Part shown: positions 30,233-38,667 of the stretch, one piece after another | How positions within the stretch are numbered: the stretch's first letter is position 1 | Layout of the letters: the number at the start of each line of letters is the position of its first letter | DNA from: Terriglobia bacterium | Lineage (GTDB): Bacteria > Acidobacteriota > Terriglobia > 20CM-2-55-15 | NCBI GenBank assembly: GCA_965218585.1 | Contig: CBDCLE010000009.1 | Coordinates: 96,001-160,000 of the forward strand | Length of the DNA: 64,000 bases | Reading direction: 5' to 3' | Made by a program: the position numbers and the translations under genes | The notes under the pieces: model-generated | Told to the model about the DNA's origin: nothing | Databases searched by the model: none | What the model saw: only the letters and a program-made list of their open reading frames with translations

Positions 30233-31699
30233 ATGGCCACTCTTCCCATCTATCGGGCTTCACTCTCTCTCCTGACCGATCTCTACGAGCTCACGATGGC
30301 GTATTCCTACTGGAAGACCGGGATAGCCGAGCGGGAGGCCGTCTTTGGTCTGTTTTTCAGAAAACATCCATTCGGAGGGGGCTATACCATCGCAGCAGGT
30401 CTGGAGTCGGTCGTCGAGTGGATCGACGAACTGGCGTTTACCGATGACGATTGCGCCTATCTCGGGCAGCTGACCGGAAACGATGGTCAACCTCTGTTTG
30501 ACCCGGAATTCCTCGACTACCTGGTGAGTATGGAGTTTGCCTGCGACGTGGATGCGGTTCCTGAGGGTACCGTGGTTTTTCCACGACAACCCCTCGTGAG
30601 AGTGACGGGTCCGATTCTGCAATGCCAGATTCTGGAAACGGCGCTTCTGAACCTGATGAACTTTCAATCCCTGATCGCGACGAAGGCCGCCCGCGTTTCG
30701 AAGGCCGCCCGCGGAGATCCTGTTATCGAGTTCGGATTGCGGCGAGCGCAAGGCATCGATGGTGGTCTGACGGCGAGCCGAGCCGCTTATCTCGGAGGGT
30801 GCGCGGCTACCTCCAATCTTCTGGCGGGAAAGTTGTTCGGTATTCCCGTGAAGGGGACCCTCGCCCACAGTTGGGTCATGTGTTTCGACACCGAACTGGA
30901 ATCGTTCGAGAGATATGCGGCAGCGATGCCCAACAACTGCGTCTTCCTCGTAGACACATACGATTCGCTGGAAGGCGTTCGCCACGCCATTACAGCCGGC
31001 GGCAAGCTTCGGGAAATGGGGCACCGGATGATGGGCATACGACTGGATTCGGGCGATCTCGCGTATCTGAGTATCGAAGCCCGGCGGATGCTGGACGACG
31101 CAGGATTTTCCGAATCAGTCATTCTTGCCAGCAACAACCTGGACGAAAGCGTGATCACAAGTCTGAAGGAGCAGGGCGCCACGATCAGTGTCTGGGGCGT
31201 GGGTACTCATCTGGTGACCGCGTTCGACGAACCGGCACTGGGCGGCGTCTATAAGCTGACTGCGGTCCGGGACGATCCTGACGAGCAGTGGAACTATCGA
31301 CTCAAGCTCTCCGAGCAGGTGAACAAGGCGTCTATTCCCGGGGTCCTGCAGGTACGGCGTTTTTCAAGGGACGGCGAGTTTCTGGCCGATGTCATCTATG
31401 ACACCCAACTCGGGCTTCCCGATCCTGTTGTCGCTGTGGACCCCATTGATGCGACTCGAAGAAAGCAGATTCCTGCCGACGCATCCCAATCGGATCTCCT
31501 GCTTCCTGTGTTTCGGGGCGGGCAGCGCGTTGGGAGGCTGCCCGAGCTTGAAGAAGCCAGATCCCACTGCAGATCACAGCTCGACGGACTCCACACTGGC
31601 ATCAAGCGGTTTGTAAATCCTCATGACTATCCTGCCGGCGTTGCGGAAAACCTCTTCGAACTTCGGAATCGCATGATACTGGAACTCAAGAAACGATGA
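30233..31699 (+). CDS. pncB: Nicotinate phosphoribosyltransferase
   Basis: LLTDLYELTM, EFGLRRAQG, GT.AHSW, LVDTYD, IRLDSGDL, GGVYKL. Confidence 0.95.
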   Translation: MATLPIYRASLSLLTDLYELTMAYSYWKTGIAEREAVFGLFFRKHPFGGGYTIAAGLESVVEWIDELAFTDDDCAYLGQLTGNDGQPLFDPEFLDYLVSMEFACDVDAVPEGTVVFPRQPLVRVTGPILQCQILETALLNLMNFQSLIATKAARVSKAARGDPVIEFGLRRAQGIDGGLTASRAAYLGGCAATSNLLAGKLFGIPVKGTLAHSWVMCFDTELESFERYAAAMPNNCVFLVDTYDSLEGVRHAITAGGKLREMGHRMMGIRLDSGDLAYLSIEARRMLDDAGFSESVILASNNLDESVITSLKEQGATISVWGVGTHLVTAFDEPALGGVYKLTAVRDDPDEQWNYRLKLSEQVNKASIPGVLQVRRFSRDGEFLADVIYDTQLGLPDPVVAVDPIDATRRKQIPADASQSDLLLPVFRGGQRVGRLPELEEARSHCRSQLDGLHTGIKRFVNPHDYPAGVAENLFELRNRMILELKKR

Positions 31700-32319
31700 G
31701 GCAAGCGCTGATCCTGGTGGACCTGCAGAATGACTTCATGCCGGATGGTGCCCTGGGAGTTGCCGGTGGCGATGAGGTCGTCTCTGTCGCGAATCGGATG
31801 CAGGGTCTTTTCGATCTGGTTTTCGCAACCCAGGATTGGCATCCTTCCGACCACAGCAGTTTTGCCCGAAACCATCCGAGCCATGAGATCGGCGAAGTCA
31901 TCGATCTGGAGGGAATCGCTCAGGTCTTGTGGCCTGCACATTGTGTCGAGGATACCGAGGGTGCGGAACTGGTATCGACACTGGAAAAGTCCGGAATCAC
32001 ACGAATCTTCTACAAAGGAACGAATCCCGGGATAGACAGCTATAGTGCGTTCTTTGACAATAACCACAGGCAATCGACCGGGCTGGGCGGTTACCTCAAG
32101 GAATTGGGCGTGGGCGAAGTCTATTTGATGGGGTTGGCCACCGACTATTGCGTCAAGTACAGCGCACTGGATGCATACGAGCTGGGTTTCGATACCGTAG
32201 TAATCGAAGATGGCTGCCGCGCCGTTGAGCTAAAAGCCGGAGACGGGGAGCGGGCGTTTCAAGAAATGCGGGCGGCCGGCGTAAGTTTTCAGATGAGCAG
32301 CCAGGTAGGTAGAAGCTGA
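31696..32319 (+). CDS. pncA: Nicotinamidase/pyrazinamidase
   Basis: VDLQNDF, TQDWHP..H.SF, WP.HCV, KG..P.IDSYSAF, GLATDYCV. Confidence 0.95.
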   Translation: MRQALILVDLQNDFMPDGALGVAGGDEVVSVANRMQGLFDLVFATQDWHPSDHSSFARNHPSHEIGEVIDLEGIAQVLWPAHCVEDTEGAELVSTLEKSGITRIFYKGTNPGIDSYSAFFDNNHRQSTGLGGYLKELGVGEVYLMGLATDYCVKYSALDAYELGFDTVVIEDGCRAVELKAGDGERAFQEMRAAGVSFQMSSQVGRS

Positions 32320-32321
32320 GT

Positions 32322-32359
32322 CAGGCCGGGCGCCCGAGCACATCGGGCGCCGCCTGTTT
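32322..32359. terminator. Hairpin between convergent genes (possible terminator)
   Basis: GGCGCCCGA-GCACA-TCGGGCGCC stem with a short T run. Confidence 0.5.
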
Positions 32360-32370
32360 AATCGAAGCAG

Positions 32371-32952
32371 TTAGTCGAAGAATTCGCTGAAGCGAATCGC
32401 GTTGATTTCGGTGCCGCTCAAATCGTACTGAATGAATCGAATTCCACGAGCATCGTAGGAGTACTCGGTCGCGTCACTGTCAGGAAGCTCCTCGACGGTG
32501 TCTTCGGGGCCCATGAGTTCCCGCATCTGATCCACATCACCATCGTCCAGCCAATCCTGTAGCGGCTGGGAAACAATATCTTCACCGAACAGGGAAGTGA
32601 CCTCGATTCGCCGTGCCTGGCCGGTCAGCTTGAACGAGTAGAGGACAACCCCGCCGCCCTGATAGGCTATGATGTAGTCGTCTATATCGTTCCGTGTGTT
32701 GTCGATGTCGCCCAGCGTTTCGATGTCGTTTGTCACAGCACCCACTTCGACGCCCAGGACGCTGATGTTCCGGCTTGTGAATTCGGGTTCTTCAGCGATG
32801 AGGTCAACCTCTGTGAGTTCGAAAACTGGAGGTGGTGGCGGAGGTGGTGGAGGCGGCTCTTCTTCGGCTACAGGCTCGGGAGGCGGTGCACAAGCGACCA
32901 TTCCCACGGCCAGGATGCTGAGAAATCCAAGCAGCGCCAGCTGTTTTAACAT
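32371..32952 (-). CDS. Hypothetical lipoprotein with poly-Pro linker
   Basis: MLKQLALLGFLSILAVGMVA|C lipobox, a run of 10 prolines and an acidic globular domain. SD (AAGGAG) upstream. Confidence 0.75.
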   Translation of the reverse strand: MLKQLALLGFLSILAVGMVACAPPPEPVAEEEPPPPPPPPPPVFELTEVDLIAEEPEFTSRNISVLGVEVGAVTNDIETLGDIDNTRNDIDDYIIAYQGGGVVLYSFKLTGQARRIEVTSLFGEDIVSQPLQDWLDDGDVDQMRELMGPEDTVEELPDSDATEYSYDARGIRFIQYDLSGTEINAIRFSEFFD

Positions 32953-33045
32953 TCGTCTCTCCTTGTGTGTCCTTGTCGATAAATGGTTTAAGTGCAAAGA
33001 GATTGGTGTATGTAGGTGCTGGATTATATAACAATGGCCCCCACC

Positions 33046-33258
33046 ATGAGTAGTAGAAAAGAGAAGCGCGAGATGTACCAGCAACTGGGGGCGCTGATGA
33101 GCGCGGGCCTTGTCTTTCCCATCTCGATCGCCATTGGCTACGTGATGGGTTACTACCTGGACAGGTGGCTCGGGACCACCTGGCTCACCGTTGTCTTTCT
33201 CCTGTTTGGAATCGCTGCGGGATTTGTAAGTTTCTTCCGGACAATATCGAAGCTATGA
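33046..33258 (+). CDS. atpZ: AtpZ/AtpI (ATPase gene 1) family protein
   Basis: G...GYYLD.WLGT.W....L..G.AAGF. First gene of the Fo operon; start uncertain. Confidence 0.85.
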   Translation: MSSRKEKREMYQQLGALMSAGLVFPISIAIGYVMGYYLDRWLGTTWLTVVFLLFGIAAGFVSFFRTISKL

Positions 33259-33326
33259 GTAACCACGGAGGCAGGGAGGAAGACAGCTATGTGCTCTGGC
33301 TGTCGGCTGAAAGCTGATAGCCGACC

Positions 33327-33731
33327 ATGTTTGAAGACTACGCAGAGTTTGAACGACGGCTGGACCGCACGAATTTCGTCGTCATCGCCCTTGCCGTTAC
33401 CCTCGTCGGTTTTCTCGATTCGCCTCGTGGAGCGGCCAGTCTGGGGGCCGGTGGCCTCATTTCCTACGTCAATTTTCGTTGGCTCAAGCAGGCCGTTAAC
33501 TTCGTCATACGACAGGGAGGAGAGGGTCCGGTCGGCCGTCGCGTCGGGCTTCAGTACGCGGGGCGGTACGCGTTGATCGTCATCGCCCTGTTTGTTACAA
33601 TCCGCTTTACACTCTTGGACGTGACTCTCCTTCTGGCGGGTCTCTTCTCTTATGTCCTTGCTGTACTCCTTGAATGCATTTTTGAGATAGGCAGTTCTCT
33701 GCTCCGGGTCGATCCAAATGGAAGAAAGTGA
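33327..33731 (+). CDS. atpI: ATP synthase subunit I
   Basis: Four TM helices, G...S.VNF.WL, position before atpB. Confidence 0.8.
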   Translation: MFEDYAEFERRLDRTNFVVIALAVTLVGFLDSPRGAASLGAGGLISYVNFRWLKQAVNFVIRQGGEGPVGRRVGLQYAGRYALIVIALFVTIRFTLLDVTLLLAGLFSYVLAVLLECIFEIGSSLLRVDPNGRK

Positions 33732-34419
33732 ACCGATTATAGTCGAGTGGATCAACCATGCCCTCGGTGCTCCCGAAGGCGTCCATTACATTCCGGTGCA
33801 GATCATCATGGCGACGTTTGTCCTGTTGTTCTGTTTCGCTTTCTTTACTTTTGTCCGCTCACGGCTCTCGATGGAGAGTCCGGGACGGCTCCAACAGGTT
33901 CTGGAAGTGGGTGTGGAGTTCCTGGGGGACCAACTCGAAGAAGTCGTGGGCCACGGTGGCCGGAAGTTCCTGAACATCGTCGGAACGCTCGGGGTTTTTA
34001 TACTGTTTTCTAACCTGATGGGTCTGATCCCGGGCTTGGCCGCACCCACCAGCAACCTCAACGTGACGGTAGGGTGTGCGATACTCGTTTTTTTCTATTA
34101 CAACATTCAGGGTATGCGGGAGCAGGGAATCGGGAAGTATCTGAAGCATTTCATGGGGCCGGTTTGGTGGCTGGCGCCGTTGATGATTCCCATCGAAATG
34201 ATTTCTCATATTGCCCGTCCTTTTTCCCTCTCGGTTCGACTGTTTGCAAACATTTTCGCTGAAGAGCTGTTGATCGTCGTTTTCTTCGGGATGGTACCGC
34301 TGCTGCTGCCGCTGCCGTTCATGGCGTACGCTATTTTTGGAGGAATACTCCAGGCATTTATCTTTGTCGTTCTAACGATGGTCTATCTGGGGGGAGCCGT
34401 GGCGACTGAAGATCATTAG
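33718..34419 (+). CDS. atpB: F0F1 ATP synthase subunit a
   Basis: SNL.GLIPG, PT.NLNVT, PIE.IS..ARP.SLSVRLFAN, LQAFIF..LT.VY. Confidence 0.96.
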   Translation: MEESEPIIVEWINHALGAPEGVHYIPVQIIMATFVLLFCFAFFTFVRSRLSMESPGRLQQVLEVGVEFLGDQLEEVVGHGGRKFLNIVGTLGVFILFSNLMGLIPGLAAPTSNLNVTVGCAILVFFYYNIQGMREQGIGKYLKHFMGPVWWLAPLMIPIEMISHIARPFSLSVRLFANIFAEELLIVVFFGMVPLLLPLPFMAYAIFGGILQAFIFVVLTMVYLGGAVATEDH

Positions 34420-34514
34420 CCACACCTTTTCCGCTAAACCCGTTGCATGTGTGAGGCCGACTGTACGGTGTTCGGCAACCACCTCCATGTGACACTTTTA
34501 ATAAGGAGTCCAGA

Positions 34515-34829
34515 ATGAGGAAAGTTAAAGCAGGTCTGATGCTGTCCTTCATCCTGCTGGTGATGGCGACACCCGCCTTCGCCCAGGAAGGGGAAGGCGA
34601 AGAGGGTAGCGACGTCAACTGGGTGGCCCTGACCGCTGGCTTCAGTATGGCGATCGCATCGGGCCTCTGCGGACTGGCTCAAGGTCGTGCCGTTTCCGCC
34701 GCGTGTGAGGGCCTGGCCCGCAATCCGGGGGCCGCAACACATATTCGGTTCGCGATGTTATTGGGTCTCGTCCTGATCGAATCCCTGGCGCTATATACGC
34801 TGTTTATCATCTTTGCGGTGGTCGCCTGA
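34515..34829 (+). CDS. atpE: F0F1 ATP synthase subunit c with N-terminal signal-like extension
   Basis: ARNP loop and LIESLALY carboxylate. N-terminus MRKVK...PAFA|Q. Confidence 0.93.
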   Translation: MRKVKAGLMLSFILLVMATPAFAQEGEGEEGSDVNWVALTAGFSMAIASGLCGLAQGRAVSAACEGLARNPGAATHIRFAMLLGLVLIESLALYTLFIIFAVVA

Positions 34830-34851
34830 GCGCTCGACAGATCCCGATAAG

Positions 34852-34888
34852 AAAAAAGCGGTCGGGGCTTCTGCCGCGACCGCTTTTT
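34852..34888. terminator. Bidirectional rho-independent terminator
   Basis: AAAAAAGCGGTCG...CGACCGCTTTTT between convergent atpE and the STAS gene. Confidence 0.85.
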
Positions 34889-34912
34889 CAGCTCCAGGCG
34901 TTCCTCTTCGGC

Positions 34913-35278
34913 TTAAGCCATGCCCCGGGCAGCACCTGCCAGAGCGTCAATTGCACTCTCCTCGCTGTCATGGGTGTTGAGCACTGCCGATAGATTCGTG
35001 ATCTCGAGCAGGTTTCGGACCCGTTTGCTCGCGTTCGACAGCATAACTGTTCCCCCTGAGTCCTTCAGGGATTGATGGATCAAAATGAGTTCTTCGAGTC
35101 CGGCACTGTCGATATAAGAAACATCGCTGAGGTTCAGGACGAGCTTAGTTTCGTCTTCATGGACTAACCCGCTTACGGCCTTGCGAAATACTGTAACGGG
35201 TTCTCCTGCGCACAGCCTGCCGGCGAGATCGACAACATGTACGCCCCGTACCGTCCGTGTTTGGTAGGACAACGTCAT
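34913..35278 (-). CDS. STAS-domain anti-sigma factor antagonist
   Basis: VVDLAGRL, LNLSDVSYIDSAGL (phospho-Ser), V.NLL.IT.L. Confidence 0.9.
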   Translation of the reverse strand: MTLSYQTRTVRGVHVVDLAGRLCAGEPVTVFRKAVSGLVHEDETKLVLNLSDVSYIDSAGLEELILIHQSLKDSGGTVMLSNASKRVRNLLEITNLSAVLNTHDSEESAIDALAGAARGMA

Positions 35279-35449
35279 GATTAGGGCAAATGTTACAAGG
35301 CAAAGGGGATTGGAGGCAACATAATCCAACGCCATGAAAAAGAGTGATAAATCTGCGTTTAGCGGCGAGGCTCGACCTGCCCGATTCGGCTTCTGCTAAC
35401 ATGAGAGGCGGTAAACTGGACGCATGTAATTAGAGGAGGCCTTGTCGGA

Positions 35450-36433
35450 GTGCGTATCGAACTTAATGGAGAGCGTCACCAGATTCCCGAAGCTTTGAAC
35501 ATCCGCCAATTGCTCGATCACTTCGAACTTCCGACCGAACGGATCGCTGTTGAGCGAAACAGATCTGTCATTCCGAAGAGCCAGTGGGAGGCGATCGAGG
35601 TCGAACCGGAGGATAAGATCGAAGTCGTGCACTTCGTAGGGGGTGGTGCGACTGAAGGCGATGACGGGCTCGTTATCGCCGGCAAGCGATTCTCCTCGCG
35701 CCTGATCGTTGGGACAGGGAAGTACGAAACGATGGAAATCATGGTCGAAGCGCACCAACGCTCTGGCGCAGACATGGTGACCGTCGCCGTTCGGCGTGTA
35801 GATCTCGACGCACCCAAAGGCAAATCGTTCTTCGATCACATTGACACCTCGCAGTTGATGATCCTTCCCAATACGGCCGGTTGTTACAATGCCGTAGACG
35901 CTGTCCGTACCGCACATCTGGGGCGTGAGGCGGGCCTCTCCGAATGGGTCAAGCTGGAGGTGATCGGTGACGAACAGACGTTGTTCCCCGACACCGCCGC
36001 TCTGATCGAAGCCACCACGACTCTTGTCAAAGACGGTTTTATCGTCCTCCCGTACACCAACGACGACCTCGTCGTTGCCCGGCGTCTGATCGATGCCGGG
36101 GCGGCGGCCATCATGCCCCTGGGAGCACCAATCGGCTCGGGTATGGGGATTCAGAACCTGGCGGCGATGCGAATTCTCCGAGAGCGAATCACCGAAGTGC
36201 CCTTGATTGTTGACGCCGGTGTCGGAACGGCATCCGACGCCGTGGTCGCGATGGAACTGGGCGCCGACGGCGTCCTGATGAACACGGCCATTGCCGGAGC
36301 AAGGAACCCGGGCGCGATGGCGGAAGCCATGAATTATGCGGTTCGCGCCGGCCGATTGGCCTATGAGGCTGGCCGGATTACGAAGAAGTTGTACGCGACT
36401 GCATCCTCACCACTGGGAGGAAGCGTTACCTAG
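35450..36433 (+). CDS. thiG: Fused ThiS sulfur carrier / ThiG thiazole synthase
   Basis: ThiS part: I.LNGE, AVE.N...IPK, D.IEVVHFVGGG. ThiG part: SRLIVGTGKY, LPNTAGC, KLEV, MPLG.PIGSG.G, DAGVG. Confidence 0.93.
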   Translation: MRIELNGERHQIPEALNIRQLLDHFELPTERIAVERNRSVIPKSQWEAIEVEPEDKIEVVHFVGGGATEGDDGLVIAGKRFSSRLIVGTGKYETMEIMVEAHQRSGADMVTVAVRRVDLDAPKGKSFFDHIDTSQLMILPNTAGCYNAVDAVRTAHLGREAGLSEWVKLEVIGDEQTLFPDTAALIEATTTLVKDGFIVLPYTNDDLVVARRLIDAGAAAIMPLGAPIGSGMGIQNLAAMRILRERITEVPLIVDAGVGTASDAVVAMELGADGVLMNTAIAGARNPGAMAEAMNYAVRAGRLAYEAGRITKKLYATASSPLGGSVT

Positions 36434-36526
36434 AGCCGATTCCTGCTGGGCCAACGATGCCCTCACTGTCCGAGCCCGTGTCGGCAATGGGAATGTGCCA
36501 TTGTTGTTGCCAATCTCCGATGACGT

Positions 36527-36532
36527 TATAAT
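36527..36532 (+). promoter_or_regulatory. Putative sigma70 -10 element for the FMN-binding gene
   Basis: TATAAT 25 nt upstream of ATG 36558, followed by a GAGGGG SD. Confidence 0.4.
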
Positions 36533-36557
36533 TGCCGGTTCGAAAGAGGGGAATTGC

Positions 36558-37079
36558 ATGCGGAATGTGGCTCTAGTGTTCTTGATCGTGGCGATCATGT
36601 TGCCTTTCGCCTTCAGCCAGACTCTCGATCCGGTTCTGGAGGCCCAACTCAAACGGGTGGTTCCCAACGCTACGAGTTTTTCGGCGAAGCAGGCGAACCC
36701 GTCTCACTTCATAGCTTACACGGGAGATTCAGACTCCAAAACGGTTGCCGGCTACGTATTCTGGACGACCGAACTGGAGCCGCTCGAGCGAGGGTACGAC
36801 GGTCCGATCAAGATGCTGGTCGGCATGAACAGGAGCGCCCTCATAACGGGAGTCCTCGTTACCCAGCACCGCGAACCCTACGGAGACTTTTCTGTTGACC
36901 GTCCTGAGTTTGCCCGGCAGTTCAGGGGCAAGGACATCCGGGATCCGTTTAAAGTTGGCGAAGATGTTGACGCTGTCTCCCGCGCAACGATAACGATCAC
37001 AAGCTCTGCACGGGCCATCAGAAACGGGGGCCGCCGCCTCGTCCGTGGGCTGCTTGCTGCCCGGGGATCAGGGGGTTGA
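36558..37079 (+). CDS. Secreted FMN-binding (flavinylation substrate) protein
   Basis: Signal peptide, GY.GPI..LVG, F..QF.GK, VDAVSRATIT (variant of the D..SGAT flavinylation motif). Confidence 0.85.
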   Translation: MRNVALVFLIVAIMLPFAFSQTLDPVLEAQLKRVVPNATSFSAKQANPSHFIAYTGDSDSKTVAGYVFWTTELEPLERGYDGPIKMLVGMNRSALITGVLVTQHREPYGDFSVDRPEFARQFRGKDIRDPFKVGEDVDAVSRATITITSSARAIRNGGRRLVRGLLAARGSGG

Positions 37080-38071
37080 TGCGGCGCCCTATCCTGCCGC
37101 TCACCATCTTAGTTCTATTAACGCATGGCCTGGCGCTGGTTCCCCTGCACGCCTCCCAGGAGGAAGAACCTCCTCTGGTAGACGACCTTCCCTTTGAAGA
37201 TTTTTTCTCGGAAGAGGACCTGGCCCTTTTCGAAGACGTGGAGACGGCGGCTCCGAGTTGGTCCGAAGACCTTAGAGCCCAAGGAACAGACCTCGCCCTG
37301 TTCGCCGCCTTCGGCACCTTCGCGATGTTCGGTTTTTTTAGAAAGAGCGAGTCGCTGAAGTGGATCACGATGGGGCTGGCCGTCGTGTACCTTGGTTTCA
37401 CGCAGAGCCAGCTGATCACAGTCGTAAACATCTTCGCACTCACCGAGTGGAACCTGCCTCAGTTCAGGTACAACCTGACCTGGTATCTGTTCGCGACGTT
37501 TACCGTCGTAACCACCATTTTGTGGGGTCGCATCTATTGTGGCCGTATCTGTGCATTTGGATCGATGACTCAGCTCCTGGACAAGATCGTTCCGGCCCGG
37601 CTGCGATTCGAGGTACCGAAAAGCATCGATCAGCGAGCCATATACATTAAATACGGTCTCCTCGGAGTGACAGTCCTCTACTTCCTCGTGACGAGGGACA
37701 TTTCGATCTACAGATATGTCGAACCCTTCTGGATGTTTTCGGGCGTGGCATCGACGGGTATGTGGATCGGTCTTGGAGTCTTGCTCCTCGCAACGGTATT
37801 CGTCAGGAATCTCTATTGCCGTTTCCTGTGTCCAGTCGGTGCGTTTCTTGGACTGCTATCGAATCTGACAGTTTTCCGGATCAAGCGCTGGTCTGAGTGT
37901 AATTCCTGTAAGATCTGCGAGAAGGAATGCGAGTGGGGAGCGATTCGCGGACCGAAAATTGTAGCCAGCGAGTGCGTCCGCTGCGATGATTGCGAGCGCC
38001 TCTACATGGACGAGGAGAAGTGCCCGCACTGGCTCATCCTTAAGAAAAAACAGCAGGTCGCAGCAAACTAA
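37079..38071 (+). CDS. NapH/NosR-C-terminal-like membrane 4Fe-4S protein
   Basis: GRIYCGRICAFG, YCRFLCP.GA, CNSCKICEKEC, CVRCDDC, several TMs. TGATG overlap with the upstream gene. Confidence 0.85.
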   Translation: MRRPILPLTILVLLTHGLALVPLHASQEEEPPLVDDLPFEDFFSEEDLALFEDVETAAPSWSEDLRAQGTDLALFAAFGTFAMFGFFRKSESLKWITMGLAVVYLGFTQSQLITVVNIFALTEWNLPQFRYNLTWYLFATFTVVTTILWGRIYCGRICAFGSMTQLLDKIVPARLRFEVPKSIDQRAIYIKYGLLGVTVLYFLVTRDISIYRYVEPFWMFSGVASTGMWIGLGVLLLATVFVRNLYCRFLCPVGAFLGLLSNLTVFRIKRWSECNSCKICEKECEWGAIRGPKIVASECVRCDDCERLYMDEEKCPHWLILKKKQQVAAN

Positions 38072-38088
38072 CTCCTTACATCCTCCTG

Positions 38089-38604
38089 TTACAGAAGGGG
38101 TATTTCCGGTGGGCCGGGATCTCCCGACTCCAGAATCTCGCAATCACCGTAGTATTGCTCCGGGCTGTTTGTGAAGCCGATGAGAGCGTACTCGGAATAC
38201 TCGTGCCTCGAATGCATGGCTCTCAGTCTTCCAGGTATCGTTTCCGCCTCCATAACTGTCGTTGAATACAGACGTCCATCGCGGAACGACTGGATGAAAC
38301 TCAGATACCCTTCCGCATATCGCACAATGATGTCATATACACCGGCGCTGAGCCCGACTGCGAGTTCTGCAGTACCTTCATCGGCATTCACTGCATCGAA
38401 TCGCAGCTCACTATCGACCTCCGTTATTTCAGCTTCAGGCTGCCCCTCATCATTCCACCGGGCCAGTGACATGACCGAAAACGTGCAGTCGATACTCGTA
38501 GCATTCATAAGGATTCCCCTCAGAGATTGCGCGCTCAACGAAGACGGCACCAGAAGCAGGGCTCCGGCAATCGTTAAGAGTGTGAGGATCCTGTTGATCA
38601 ACAT
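38089..38604 (-). CDS. Hypothetical secreted protein
   Basis: Signal peptide SLSA|Q, AGGAG SD, two cysteines (IDCTF, YYGDC). Confidence 0.7.
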   Translation of the reverse strand: MLINRILTLLTIAGALLLVPSSLSAQSLRGILMNATSIDCTFSVMSLARWNDEGQPEAEITEVDSELRFDAVNADEGTAELAVGLSAGVYDIIVRYAEGYLSFIQSFRDGRLYSTTVMEAETIPGRLRAMHSRHEYSEYALIGFTNSPEQYYGDCEILESGDPGPPEIPLL

Positions 38605-38667
38605 ATTCGCTCCTTTGCTTATTTTTCACTGACTGCTGGCGGCGGTTCGGGGCCCGGCTTCACACAG

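Noticed and set aside
33046-34829. Missing atpF/H/A/G/D/C as an incomplete ATP synthase
   Set aside because: Split Fo/F1 operons are common in several phyla, so the rest is probably elsewhere.
35280-35449. TPP riboswitch upstream of thiS-thiG
   Set aside because: No recognisable CTGAGA...ACCTG...GCGNAGG core, only a weak resemblance.
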